Origin: an uncultured Aminicenantes bacterium
GTDB taxonomy: Bacteria; Acidobacteriota; Aminicenantia; UBA2199
Assembly (NCBI GenBank): GCA_965195285.1
Contig: CBDAFS010000042.1
Coordinates: forward strand, 1 to 42,188
Direction: 5' to 3'
Length of the DNA stretch: 42,188 nucleotides
Shown: positions 17,512 through 26,884 of the stretch, in pieces
How positions within the stretch are numbered: position 1 is the stretch's first letter
How the letters are laid out: every line of letters begins with the position of its first letter
Notes under the pieces: generated by a model
What the model was told of the DNA's origin: nothing
The model's input: the letters and a program-made list of their open reading frames with translations, nothing else
The model's database searches: none
Position numbers and translations under genes: made by a program

Positions 17512-19788
17512 TTACTTCCTAAAACTCGTACTACCTATTTCTTTCTTATGATTCCCTTTGGCTGTGATAAACTCATGATTCTTTTCTGATTCTTTTTCCT
17601 GATACCGGTATCTGTAATTATAATTGTAATGATAATATCCATAGCCGCCCGCTTTTTTCATATTGAGGTTGTTCAACACCACTCCTAAAATCTTGATGTT
17701 GTACTTATCCAGCTCGGCCTTGGCTTTTCCCACTGCTTTTTTCGGGGTTTTCCCTCCCCATACCACCAACAGGGTACCTTCTGAGTGTCTGCTGATAATC
17801 ACCGGATCCACAATACCGATTAAGGGCGGTGTGTCAATAAACACAAAGTCAAAGAATTCTTTCATCTTTTCGATTAACATCTCCATCTTTTTGGAGTCCA
17901 GGAGCTCAGCCGGGTTAGGAGGAATGGGGCCGGATGGAATCACATAGAGGTTTTTAATATCGGTCTTAAAAAAGATATCATCTATTTTGGTTTTCCCCAC
18001 TAAAAAGGATGAAAGTCCGCCCACATTTTTTAGATGAAAAATATTGCGAATCTTGGGTTTGCGCATATCACCGTCAATGATCAATACTTTTTTGTCCAGA
18101 TTTGAAAAGGAGACGGCCAGGTTTACAATGGTGGAAGTTTTTCCCTCCTGGGGCAGGGCACTGCACACATTCATCACTTTTGGCGGTCCTTCAGCCGTTG
18201 AAAGTAAAATCGAGGTGCGAATATTACGGTAACTTTCGGCAATACTGGATTCCGGGTCCACCACATTGGCTAATTCGATATGTTTTATTTTTTTTTCTGT
18301 TGCTTTTGGATTTTTCTCCCCGTAAGAATAGGCATAATAATCATGTTTATCATTGCTTCCTAAGGCTGGAATAATTCCGATTGAAGGTATTCGCAATGAT
18401 TGTTCCACCTCCTCCGGGGTTTTCAGGGTTTTATCCAGCCAGTCCAGCCCAAAAATCAACCCGCCACCTAAAAACAATCCGATCATTAACGACATTAAAA
18501 ATACACGCTGTTTACTGGAACTGATGGGGTATAAAGGCACCTCTGCCGGTTCAATCACCTTGATGTTACTGGTCTGGAGCCCTTCCATGCGGGAGGTGAG
18601 TAATGATTCTTTCTGCATTTTCACTAAGTGATTGAGCAAAGCCCCTACATTATTGACCTCGATTTTCAGGCTGTTGTAGTAGATGGCATCGGTCTTGGTG
18701 CTCACCACCTCGGATTTCTGCCGATCTAACATGTCTTTCAGGAAATTTTCCTGCTTCAGGGCGGTTTGATAATTGGTTTCCGCTTCTTTCAGGGCTTTTC
18801 CACCACTATCAATGGTTTCCTGTCTCATGCTCTGCGCTATTGTATCCATCTGGGTTTTCAAACGTCTCATTTCCGGGTAGGATTCTTTAAAAATTTGAGA
18901 CTTTTTTTTATATTCGTTTTCCAGATCAGAATACTGTTGCTTCATATTCTGAATTAATGAATTTCTTCTGACTTCCGGATAATCTTCAAACCTTTTTCCC
19001 TTGAGCTCCCGGTAGATGGCTTCCATACTCACCCGGTCGATCTGGGCATTGGTATAGGCCTTGTTCAAATCTCCGAATTTTTCCACCACCGTGGTATCCC
19101 GGTTGGAAAGATAAAACAGCTCTTTTCGTTTTCCGTATTCCTGGAGCTCCCGTTCTTTCTGGGATAAACTTTTTCTCAAATCACCGATCTGTTTGAATAA
19201 AAAATCAGAGGCCTGTTTGGTAGACTCACTTTTCAAACGCAGGTTAAAGTCGATAAAATTCTCAAACAGGGTATTAATGGCCAGGGCAGCATACTCCGGA
19301 TCGGGTGACCGGTAACTCACTTCCACCAGTCGGGTATCTTCAATATGCATGATGGATAAACCACCCAAGAAGCCGCTTATGGCGCCTGATAGTGGGGTTG
19401 ATGTATTTCCCGAAGATTCGCCTTTCCCGGCTGTATTAGTAGTCTCCAACAGCCGGAGATCCTCAATCACTTTATTAGCCAGGCTGCGGCTTCGTAAAAT
19501 TCTTAACTGTGTGTTTAAATACTCATTTCTCCAATCACTGGCGGAAGGCATATAGCGAAGACTCAGAATGTTTTGATTTTCCTTTTCAATCATCAGGGTG
19601 CCTTTGGCCATATAGAAGGTAGTCTGCCGATACACCTGAAACATGCGAAACCCTACCACCATAAGCGTGATCAATACCACAATGGGCCAGCGCCGCTTGA
19701 AAACATACCAGTATTGTTCAAGGGTTTCACTCAGAGGTTTTTCATCCATTACATCCATATTCAATCGATCTATATTGTTGTTATCCAT
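17512..19788 (-). CDS. wzc: Wzc/GumC polysaccharide co-polymerase with tyrosine kinase
   Basis: Two TMs with coiled coil; AESYRNIRT; Walker A PQEGKTS; IDGDMR; DTPP; Tyr-rich tail YGYYHYNYNYRYRY. Confidence 0.95.
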   Translation of the reverse strand: MDNNNIDRLNMDVMDEKPLSETLEQYWYVFKRRWPIVVLITLMVVGFRMFQVYRQTTFYMAKGTLMIEKENQNILSLRYMPSASDWRNEYLNTQLRILRSRSLANKVIEDLRLLETTNTAGKGESSGNTSTPLSGAISGFLGGLSIMHIEDTRLVEVSYRSPDPEYAALAINTLFENFIDFNLRLKSESTKQASDFLFKQIGDLRKSLSQKERELQEYGKRKELFYLSNRDTTVVEKFGDLNKAYTNAQIDRVSMEAIYRELKGKRFEDYPEVRRNSLIQNMKQQYSDLENEYKKKSQIFKESYPEMRRLKTQMDTIAQSMRQETIDSGGKALKEAETNYQTALKQENFLKDMLDRQKSEVVSTKTDAIYYNSLKIEVNNVGALLNHLVKMQKESLLTSRMEGLQTSNIKVIEPAEVPLYPISSSKQRVFLMSLMIGLFLGGGLIFGLDWLDKTLKTPEEVEQSLRIPSIGIIPALGSNDKHDYYAYSYGEKNPKATEKKIKHIELANVVDPESSIAESYRNIRTSILLSTAEGPPKVMNVCSALPQEGKTSTIVNLAVSFSNLDKKVLIIDGDMRKPKIRNIFHLKNVGGLSSFLVGKTKIDDIFFKTDIKNLYVIPSGPIPPNPAELLDSKKMEMLIEKMKEFFDFVFIDTPPLIGIVDPVIISRHSEGTLLVVWGGKTPKKAVGKAKAELDKYNIKILGVVLNNLNMKKAGGYGYYHYNYNYRYRYQEKESEKNHEFITAKGNHKKEIGSTSFRK

Positions 19789-19830
19789 TTCAAAATCTCC
19801 GGAAATAAGTTAAACGTTCTCATCTTGTAC

Positions 19831-19839
19831 ATTATATCA
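19831..19839 (-). promoter_or_regulatory. Extended -10 promoter upstream of wzc
   Basis: TGATATAAT about 42 nt upstream of the ATG; GGAG RBS present. Confidence 0.5.
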
Positions 19840-19890
19840 TACCTTTGGTTTCCGTAAAATGTAAATGGTATATCAATATCCGGATTGAAT

Positions 19891-19986
19891 CTGAGGTTAA
19901 GGCAAAGGTTAAGGTTAAGAAAAAAAACCAGAATTTCTCTTTTTTCTTCGACTTCATCTTTACCTTTACCTTAATCTTTACCTCAG
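19891..19986. repeat. Hexamer-periodic hairpin bounded by CTGAGG...CCTCAG
   Basis: (GGTTAA)n arm at 19891-19919 and (TTTACC)n arm at 19946-19986; may act as a terminator or processing site. Confidence 0.8.
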
Positions 19987-20008
19987 TTCCAGTAATATTA
20001 TTACTCTC

Positions 20009-21826
20009 TCACCTTATCCTTACTTCAACCTCAACCTTCTTCCACTCCCCATCCCCCACCTTCACCTCTACCTCTTCCTTCACCTTCCCCAGATACTGCT
20101 CATAATATATCCATCCATCCACAAAAACCTGCAGCAGGTGTTTATCTTTTATTTTTTCTTTAAAAGCTTCACTTAAATTTAATACCAACACACTATCATC
20201 CATAAAATAAACCGTTTTTTTAAATCGCGTGGATTTCAAATCAATTATTCGACTATTTTTTATTTTTTCCTCTTTTCCTTCTGACTCCTGACTTCTGTCT
20301 TCTATCTCCTGATTTATTGTTTTTGTTTCGGATTTCGGATTTCGGATTTCGGATTTTCCTTCTTCTCCCTCCTGCCTCCTATCTCCTGGATCCTGGCTTA
20401 TGTTTATGTCATTTGTATTTTGGTCATTCGTGCTTGTTTCGAATTTCGAATTTCGTGCTTCGGATTTTCTTCCTTCTATCTCCTGCCTCCTATCTCCTGG
20501 ATCCTCAGCCCCTTTTTTCACATCCGAAATGTGACTTCTAACATGCAACATTTTACATTTAAGCCAACCTACTTCATCACTCTCAGGTGATATTTTCTCT
20601 ACTTCCAGTAAAACCACTTCCGCCTGCTCAATTTGATTGGTTTTCAAATACCCCTCAACCAGTAACATAAGAATTTTTGCATAATCTTCCTTCTGGTCTT
20701 CCCTGACAAAGGACATGGATTGTCGAATATCTTCACCCCGCTGGATCACCCGATTCCAACCACCCATTTTTGAGTAAATGAGTATTTCTAAAAACCGTTT
20801 TTTTAAATCCGGTTCATCAAAGAAATTTTTTTTCTTTAAAAATTGATAAATTTGATTTATATTCTCACCGGAGTCACATTCATTGATGTAAGATAAAATG
20901 GTGTCTCCCAGTTTATTTTTATTTTCCTTAAATAAAAAATCAATGCTTTTTTTTATTAGAGTTTGTTTTAATTCTCTATAAAGAGATAAATTGAAATTTG
21001 AATTTTTAATTAATTTAAAATATCCGGGAATACTATTTTTCAATCTACGTTTCCATGACCTCAATGTTTTAAGTTTATCTGTTGATTTTTTCAGATAGTC
21101 TGGAAATCGTTTCTGAAAATAGTCCAGGTAATAGTCTTCATAACCGGCAAGAAATTCCTGCCGGGCTTCCATATCAAGTTCCAGTTGTTCCAATTTTTTT
21201 GATATTTCACGATAAAACTGTGGTTTCTTTACCAAAGCTTTCTTTAGCATTTCAATGTCTTTTGAATAAATCCCCCAGACATTCAAAATGGCTGTAAAAT
21301 CCGCATTACTCATGCCTGGAATCGATTTAACCATCAAATGCTGACAAAATTCTTTATCTTCATGGTTTAAAAAAGGCCAGAGCGAGAGCAATTGTTTAAT
21401 GACTTCAACACTGATATGAGCCCGGTTCCCCCGGATAAAAGCCGCCCGTTTTAAAAATTTAAAGGCATCATCATAAAGGGTGGATTCATTATCTTGAGCC
21501 AGTTGATAGGCTTTGCCAAGGTTGAAATGGGCATTATAGAGCAGGGGATTCAACCCTATGGCTCTTTTAAAACCATTAACACTGTTATTTAATTTGGGGC
21601 GGTCAGCCCCTTTTAAATAGGCATGTTCCTCTAACAATGCAAAGGCATGTTCATAGATAAGCTCCGCATCCAGGGGAAAAACCGCAGCACTCACTTTCAA
21701 CAATCCCGACCGGGGCGGAGTTTCCTTGTTCAGCCCCAGTTTCAGGAAGATATGAGAAGTTAGTTGAAGAGAGAAGAAGAGCATAAGAACTATAAGTAAA
21801 AGTTTGAAAATTTTCGGTTGTTTCAT
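20009..21826 (-). CDS. Membrane-anchored TPR-like protein with repeat-derived insertion
   Basis: Paralog of 13039-14652; extra ~80-aa hydrophilic segment encoded by 7-mer repeats at ~20270-20510. Confidence 0.75.
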   Translation of the reverse strand: MKQPKIFKLLLIVLMLFFSLQLTSHIFLKLGLNKETPPRSGLLKVSAAVFPLDAELIYEHAFALLEEHAYLKGADRPKLNNSVNGFKRAIGLNPLLYNAHFNLGKAYQLAQDNESTLYDDAFKFLKRAAFIRGNRAHISVEVIKQLLSLWPFLNHEDKEFCQHLMVKSIPGMSNADFTAILNVWGIYSKDIEMLKKALVKKPQFYREISKKLEQLELDMEARQEFLAGYEDYYLDYFQKRFPDYLKKSTDKLKTLRSWKRRLKNSIPGYFKLIKNSNFNLSLYRELKQTLIKKSIDFLFKENKNKLGDTILSYINECDSGENINQIYQFLKKKNFFDEPDLKKRFLEILIYSKMGGWNRVIQRGEDIRQSMSFVREDQKEDYAKILMLLVEGYLKTNQIEQAEVVLLEVEKISPESDEVGWLKCKMLHVRSHISDVKKGAEDPGDRRQEIEGRKSEARNSKFETSTNDQNTNDINISQDPGDRRQEGEEGKSEIRNPKSETKTINQEIEDRSQESEGKEEKIKNSRIIDLKSTRFKKTVYFMDDSVLVLNLSEAFKEKIKDKHLLQVFVDGWIYYEQYLGKVKEEVEVKVGDGEWKKVEVEVRIR

Positions 21827-21833
21827 GAAATTT

Positions 21834-21865
21834 AGTTCTAGGTTCTACATTCTATGTTCTACGTT
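21834..21865 (+). repeat. 7-mer (NGTTCTA) left arm of 4HB-2
   Basis: AGTTCTA GGTTCTA CATTCTA TGTTCTA CGTT. Confidence 0.85.
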
Positions 21866-21887
21866 AAAAAACTTCATTTTCACAAAT

Positions 21888-22250
21888 TTACTTTCTACCT
21901 GATTTTCTTAAATAACGAATAAATCCATTTAACAATTTGATTATTTTTGTGCATCTTTCCACAATATTTTGAGACCTCTCTTCTTTAATATATTTAAGAT
22001 CAAGGGCCGCATAAGTCAGACTCTTTAATTCAGAAACCGATCCTTTTGAAATTATTAAAAATCGAATAAATTCTTTATTACTCTCTCGATCAAAGCCTTC
22101 AGCAATATTTGACATAATAGAAATAGCTGCTCTTTGAATTTGATCTCTAAATCCATAATCTTTATTATTTTTAAAATACGAATAGATTTCTGTTACAAGA
22201 ATCCTGGATTCCTTCCAAGCTTCAATATCTTCAAAATTCTCTATTTTCAT
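21888..22250 (-). CDS. Four-helix-bundle protein, 4HB-2
   Basis: FEDIEAWKESR...DYGFRDQIQRAAISIMSNIAEGFDR..KEFIRFL.ISKGS..E. Confidence 0.93.
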   Translation of the reverse strand: MKIENFEDIEAWKESRILVTEIYSYFKNNKDYGFRDQIQRAAISIMSNIAEGFDRESNKEFIRFLIISKGSVSELKSLTYAALDLKYIKEERSQNIVERCTKIIKLLNGFIRYLRKSGRK

Positions 22251-22252
22251 TT

Positions 22253-22284
22253 AACCTAGAACTTAGAACATAGAACTTAGAACT
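22253..22284 (-). repeat. 7-mer (TAGAACN) right arm of 4HB-2
   Basis: AACC TAGAACT TAGAACA TAGAACT TAGAACT; reverse complement matches the left arm at 27/32. Confidence 0.85.
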
Positions 22285-23909
22285 TAAATGTTTGAATCTT
22301 TGCTCCGGTAATTAACAACCTTAATCCCTAACACCAACACCAACACAAAAACAAACATATTGGAAGGAATTCTCAAAGAAAAATCAAAGATGGAGTGGAA
22401 TATGACCGCAAAAATAGAGACAATAATTCCCAATCCTAAGATTCTCACATCCGGGTGGTGTCGTTGTAACCATTTTTTAATAATAGAAACTATTAATAGA
22501 CCGACTAAAGAGTAAAATAATAATCCCCCGATCACCCCACCTTCTGATAAGATTTCCAGAAGATCATTATGGGCATGGGTGGACCATTTTCCTGCTCCGG
22601 TATCATACAAAAAATAAGAATAGCGATAAGTACCAAAACCTGTTCCGGCAACCGGAAAATCCTTGACCATCTCAAAGGTATTGGGCCAGCGCACAAAGCG
22701 TCCGCTTTCAACTATCTCTAACTGAGCAAATTTAGTGACCGTATTTTGAACTCCTATATATATTGCCAGGCAGGTAATAGCAACCAAAAACCATTTTATT
22801 CTCTTTCGAATATCTTTTGATTGTTTTAGATAAACCGACAGCATGGCAAATACAATAAATGAAAGGATAAGGGTCACAATACCGGAACGAGAACCGGTTA
22901 AGAGTATTCCGATTCCCACAAGGGAAATACTGATAAAATAGATTAAAACGATTTTATATTCATCGGTCAGCGACAACAAACGCTGTTTAAAAGAAATCCC
23001 GGTCTCAAAAAACCGCAGCCGGTAGAAAAAAAGGGCCAGAGCCACCGGTATGATCATTTCTAAAAAAAAAGCAAAATGGTTGGCATTGCCTAAGGTACCG
23101 GTAAGAAATTTTCTTATAGCAGATTTTTCCATCGGAATAAAAAACAGGAAAAACATTTTATTTCCCTGAGCTAATTTAAACAATCCGAAAATCACCTGAA
23201 TCGATGCACTCAATATCAGGGTATTGAATATTGAGACCATTTCCTTTTTTCTCAAATGAATTCGATTCATCACCCAAAAAAACAAACCATACAATAATAC
23301 AATCAGTCCATAGATCAGAGTTTCAAAGGGAACCATAGATATAGAAGTAAAAGTAGGTAACTCATCCACTAATTGACTCAATACTTCAATCTTTTTAGGA
23401 GATATCAGCTTAACTAAAAAAACCGGCAACGGAACAATTTGCAACCCGACAAACACCAGAAATGCGCCAAAAACTCTTTTTATCCATTTTCCGTATAAGA
23501 TATTCCCCAAATTCAAGTTTTGAGTTTTAAGTTTTGAGTTTTGAGTGAAAGATTCTGATTTTATTATTCTATCTTCTATCTTCTTCCTTCTATCTTCTAT
23601 CTCCTGGCTTCTTTTTTGGTCATTTGGATTTTGGTTATTCGTGCTTGTTTCGAATTTCGAATTTCGTGCTTCGAATTTTCTTTCTCCTGCCTCCTCAACA
23701 TTGAACCCTGAACCTTGAACCTTGAACCCAACATAGATCAAAATGGTCAACAAAAGATAGAAAAGCGGAGCCCACATCTTCCCCACACAACCAAAGGGAA
23801 GGGGAGAGAGAAGTATCAGAGTTTTTAAGTACATTAGAAATAGTTTTCTCGTTGACTGGTTGGCTGGTTGACTGGAAAATTTCGAAGAATATTTTTTAGT
23901 TTTTATCAT
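22284..23909 (-). CDS. O-antigen ligase/Wzy_C family protein with repeat-derived insertion
   Basis: GTLGNANHFA, TGSRSG, FPVAGTGFGTY, HAHNDLLE, HSIFDFSLR; paralog of 14642-16021; start codon uncertain. Confidence 0.88.
   Translation of the reverse strand: MIKTKKYSSKFSSQPANQSTRKLFLMYLKTLILLSPLPFGCVGKMWAPLFYLLLTILIYVGFKVQGSGFNVEEAGERKFEARNSKFETSTNNQNPNDQKRSQEIEDRRKKIEDRIIKSESFTQNSKLKTQNLNLGNILYGKWIKRVFGAFLVFVGLQIVPLPVFLVKLISPKKIEVLSQLVDELPTFTSISMVPFETLIYGLIVLLYGLFFWVMNRIHLRKKEMVSIFNTLILSASIQVIFGLFKLAQGNKMFFLFFIPMEKSAIRKFLTGTLGNANHFAFFLEMIIPVALALFFYRLRFFETGISFKQRLLSLTDEYKIVLIYFISISLVGIGILLTGSRSGIVTLILSFIVFAMLSVYLKQSKDIRKRIKWFLVAITCLAIYIGVQNTVTKFAQLEIVESGRFVRWPNTFEMVKDFPVAGTGFGTYRYSYFLYDTGAGKWSTHAHNDLLEILSEGGVIGGLLFYSLVGLLIVSIIKKWLQRHHPDVRILGLGIIVSIFAVIFHSIFDFSLRIPSNMFVFVLVLVLGIKVVNYRSKDSNI
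23851..23875 (+). repeat. 8-mer (GTTGRCTG) left arm of 4HB-3
   Basis: GTTGACTG GTTGGCTG GTTGACTG. Confidence 0.8.
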
Positions 23910-23924
23910 GATGGAAAATTTTTT

Positions 23925-24281
23925 CTAATTTTTTCTCAGATATGAAATGAATGAATTTATTTTTTTATGTAACTTATTTATTCTTTCTAAGATTAATTTA
24001 ACATCAAGATTAAATATTTCTGAAATTAAATAGATTGTGCTTTTTGTTTCTGCTAATGAACCTCTGGCAATAACCAAAAATTGTATGAACTCTTTGTTTG
24101 AAAATCTTTCAAACCCTTCGGCAATATTTGACATAACTGAATGCGAAGACTTCGTAATTTGCCTAATTATATTGGTATCTCTCTTCAATCTCCCAGGCTT
24201 ACAACATAATTCATAAATATCAACAGTCAGCTCTTTGGCTAATTTCCAAATCTCAAGTTCTTCAAAATTTTTAATCTTCAT
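23925..24281 (-). CDS. Four-helix-bundle protein, 4HB-3
   Basis: FEELEIWK...QITKSSHSVMSNIAEGFERFSNKEFIQFL.IARGS.AE. Confidence 0.93.
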   Translation of the reverse strand: MKIKNFEELEIWKLAKELTVDIYELCCKPGRLKRDTNIIRQITKSSHSVMSNIAEGFERFSNKEFIQFLVIARGSLAETKSTIYLISEIFNLDVKLILERINKLHKKINSFISYLRKN

Positions 24282-24303
24282 TTATTTTATTCTGTAATAT
24301 TTT

Positions 24304-24334
24304 AGTCAACCAGTAAACAAGTAAACCAGGCGAC
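24304..24334 (-). repeat. 8-mer (AGTMAACM) right arm of 4HB-3
   Basis: AGTCAACC AGTAAACA AGTAAACC AGGCGAC. Confidence 0.8.
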
Positions 24335-24339
24335 AATTC

Positions 24340-26316
24340 TTATGAGCTCTTCGCATGATGAAAAAATATATTATTCAATGCTTTAAAAAAATAGACCACA
24401 TCGGTTCGCCGCGGATGCATTTTATATCGTTTTAAATATTCTTTTTCTGACTTCCAGACCTCTTTTATATCACCCGGCATATCCGCATAATAGGGAGGAA
24501 TCAATCCTGGCTTATATTTGATCCGCTCTTTTTGAAGCTCCTTTGGATAGGTGTTAAAAAATGATTCGCTCAATGGCCGCACTCCCACCAGTTTGACATC
24601 CCATTTCAACCAGTTGAAGAGCATGGGCAGTTCATCCAGATATAATTTTCTCAGGAACTTGCCCCATCCGGTCATCCGGAAATCGTCTTTGACTTTTCCG
24701 GAATCATCCAGGGGATAATATTGTAATACATAAGAATGAATGTATTCTGAATAGGGATGCATAGTACGGAGTTTGTACATAAATATGAATTTGCCATTTA
24801 TCCCCATGCGCTTTTGTTTAAATAAGGGACCATAAGAGGGATTTTTATCACCATTGGGTTGTTTTGCTTTTTTCACAACAAACCAGGTCTGGTGATCAAT
24901 TTCTTCCAGGGCTAATATCTCAAAACCGCAGAATACAAGCCTGCCTAAAACCTCCGCCTTTGAAACAGCACGCCCCCGGCCCTTGGTGATAAAGAAGTAT
25001 AATTTATTAACCAGTGGCAGCCTGGGCATCACCCGTCGAAACAAAAAATTTAAAAATAAAAGGATCCGGGACAATACCAGGGGATAGGTAGATTTATAGC
25101 GTTCCTTCATCTGCTGTTTGCCTTCAAAACAGCCAACATAGACACCGCCTGATTTCAACTTCTGATTGATTCTGATGAGATTGTAATTGATACGGCGATA
25201 GTCATTGACCTTGCGCAGGTTGATAAAAAATTGGAGGGATTCGTCTGCCAGGATCTCAAAGTTATAGGGATTGCGGGTGTAAAAAAACGCAGATTTGGAA
25301 ATCCCGGGCTTCCCCAGGTCGATGATATCCTCGATGAATTGAAACACATCAGTATATTTTTGCAAATAAACACTGCGCAATTGTTTTTTCAATAAACCAG
25401 ACCGGGAGTGACGGCCGGGCACCACATACCTATCTTTTTTTTGAATCCCGGGTGTTTTAATTGTTATTTCTTGCTCATACTGCACACCAGGGGCGCTGAA
25501 AAAAGAGCTGCCGGGCGGTTCGATTGATCTGGGTCGCCTCTTGAAAAAATAGAGGATGACAATAATATTTTCACAGATAGCAAACACTAAAAGTGAGCCT
25601 AAAATAATAAAGCGGGAGAACACGGTCAGATTAAGAAAAACAACAAAATAAGCCACCAGACCGATCATGATCAGCTCTGATTTCCAGAAGGGAAAAATCA
25701 CATTCAGATATTTTTCATTCATCACAATTTCAAATTTATGGATCAAGAGCGAAGCCACAAAGCAAACAAAAAACAAGCCCATCAGCAATACCATATAATC
25801 TTCTCTCAATTGAACAGTGCCTTTTCGGTAGATGTAGATGGAAACAAAAGTGATACTCATAATAAGAAGTTCAATCATAAAAAACACCACGGAAAAAGGA
25901 ATGAACCTGATGATCCCGATTTTCCACAACCGGTAATTGCGAACTGAAAGATACACATTTTCCATAACAAAAAAAAGAGCAATGGGTCCATACACAATGA
26001 ACCGGGACAGGTGGTACCAGCCCAAAACATAAATGGATAAAGACACCAGACCAATAAGGGCTGTAATTGAAATAATAAAGGGTTTGATCTGCAAAAAATA
26101 ATCCTCTTCATTTGTCCTGAGAAATTTTTTGGAGAATAGCGTGGCAATCATCCAGGCCATCATCAATAACACAAAATATTTTAGAAACTTTTCTTCAATA
26201 TGAAGATGCTGCCTTTTAACATAATAGATGGCCACAAATGAACCGGCCAACAAAATTCCATCAGTAATGATTTTCAGCCAGTAAAACTTTTCTTTTTCAA
26301 GATAGTTTTTGGTCAT
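24340..26316 (-). CDS. Bacterial sugar transferase (priming phosphoglycosyl transferase) with extended N-terminal membrane region
   Basis: C-terminal YKLRTM...DFRMT.WG.FLRK..LDELP...LVGVRP...KPGL. Confidence 0.88.
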   Translation of the reverse strand: MTKNYLEKEKFYWLKIITDGILLAGSFVAIYYVKRQHLHIEEKFLKYFVLLMMAWMIATLFSKKFLRTNEEDYFLQIKPFIISITALIGLVSLSIYVLGWYHLSRFIVYGPIALFFVMENVYLSVRNYRLWKIGIIRFIPFSVVFFMIELLIMSITFVSIYIYRKGTVQLREDYMVLLMGLFFVCFVASLLIHKFEIVMNEKYLNVIFPFWKSELIMIGLVAYFVVFLNLTVFSRFIILGSLLVFAICENIIVILYFFKRRPRSIEPPGSSFFSAPGVQYEQEITIKTPGIQKKDRYVVPGRHSRSGLLKKQLRSVYLQKYTDVFQFIEDIIDLGKPGISKSAFFYTRNPYNFEILADESLQFFINLRKVNDYRRINYNLIRINQKLKSGGVYVGCFEGKQQMKERYKSTYPLVLSRILLFLNFLFRRVMPRLPLVNKLYFFITKGRGRAVSKAEVLGRLVFCGFEILALEEIDHQTWFVVKKAKQPNGDKNPSYGPLFKQKRMGINGKFIFMYKLRTMHPYSEYIHSYVLQYYPLDDSGKVKDDFRMTGWGKFLRKLYLDELPMLFNWLKWDVKLVGVRPLSESFFNTYPKELQKERIKYKPGLIPPYYADMPGDIKEVWKSEKEYLKRYKMHPRRTDVVYFFKALNNIFFHHAKSS

Positions 26317-26331
26317 TTTAGTTCTTTTCCC

Positions 26332-26359
26332 AGAAGACAGAAGTTAGAAGGTAGAAGAA
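26332..26359 (+). repeat. 7-mer (AGAAGNN) left arm of 4HB-4
   Basis: AGAAGAC AGAAGTT AGAAGGT AGAAGAA. Confidence 0.8.
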
Positions 26360-26436
26360 AAGTCAATTAATAAAAATCTTATATTTATTATTCTAACTTC
26401 TACCTTCTTAATTCTTTATTATAATTTTTAAATTCA

Positions 26437-26802
26437 TTAAGAATCTTTTTTTATTGCTTGTGAATAACCATTTATTAATTTACCAACTTCATTCATAAGA
26501 TCATTGATTTCTTTAATGTATCCATATTTTAAATCTTTTGACAAAAGTAAATAATAACGACATTCTTCCAGAGATCCTTCAGCAATATTTAAAAATCTGA
26601 GTTTATCTTGTTTTCCTCTTTTTTTATAACCTTCGGCTATGTTAGCGGCAATCGAAATTCCAGCTCTTCTAAACTGTGAGGTTAATCCATATATTTCTTC
26701 TTTCGGATATCCAGAAGTCAGATCATATATTTTCAATACTAGTTCATGCGATTTCTGCCATACAACCAATTCCTTAAAACTTTTTGTCTTATTTTTTATC
26801 AT
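26437..26802 (-). CDS. Four-helix-bundle protein, 4HB-4
   Basis: FKELVVWQKSH...YPKEEIYGLTSQFRRAGISIAANIAEGY..RFLNIAEGSLEECRYYL. Confidence 0.94.
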   Translation of the reverse strand: MIKNKTKSFKELVVWQKSHELVLKIYDLTSGYPKEEIYGLTSQFRRAGISIAANIAEGYKKRGKQDKLRFLNIAEGSLEECRYYLLLSKDLKYGYIKEINDLMNEVGKLINGYSQAIKKDS

Positions 26803-26884
26803 CTTCTATCTTCTACCTTCTTTCTTCTATCTCCTTTCTCCTCCCTTCGACCTTCTATCTCCTATCTTCTTTCTTCTATCTTCT
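26801..26884 (-). repeat. 12 x 7-mer (ATCTTCT-like) right arm of 4HB-4
   Basis: 84 nt filling the whole spacer between the upstream stop codon and the 4HB start codon. Confidence 0.9.

Noticed and set aside
16107-26802. Diversity-generating retroelement (Avd homologues)
   Set aside because: No reverse transcriptase and no TR/VR pair with adenine-specific differences seen in the window.
16107-26802. 23S rRNA intervening sequences
   Set aside because: No rRNA sequence flanks the 4HB genes; they sit between protein-coding genes.
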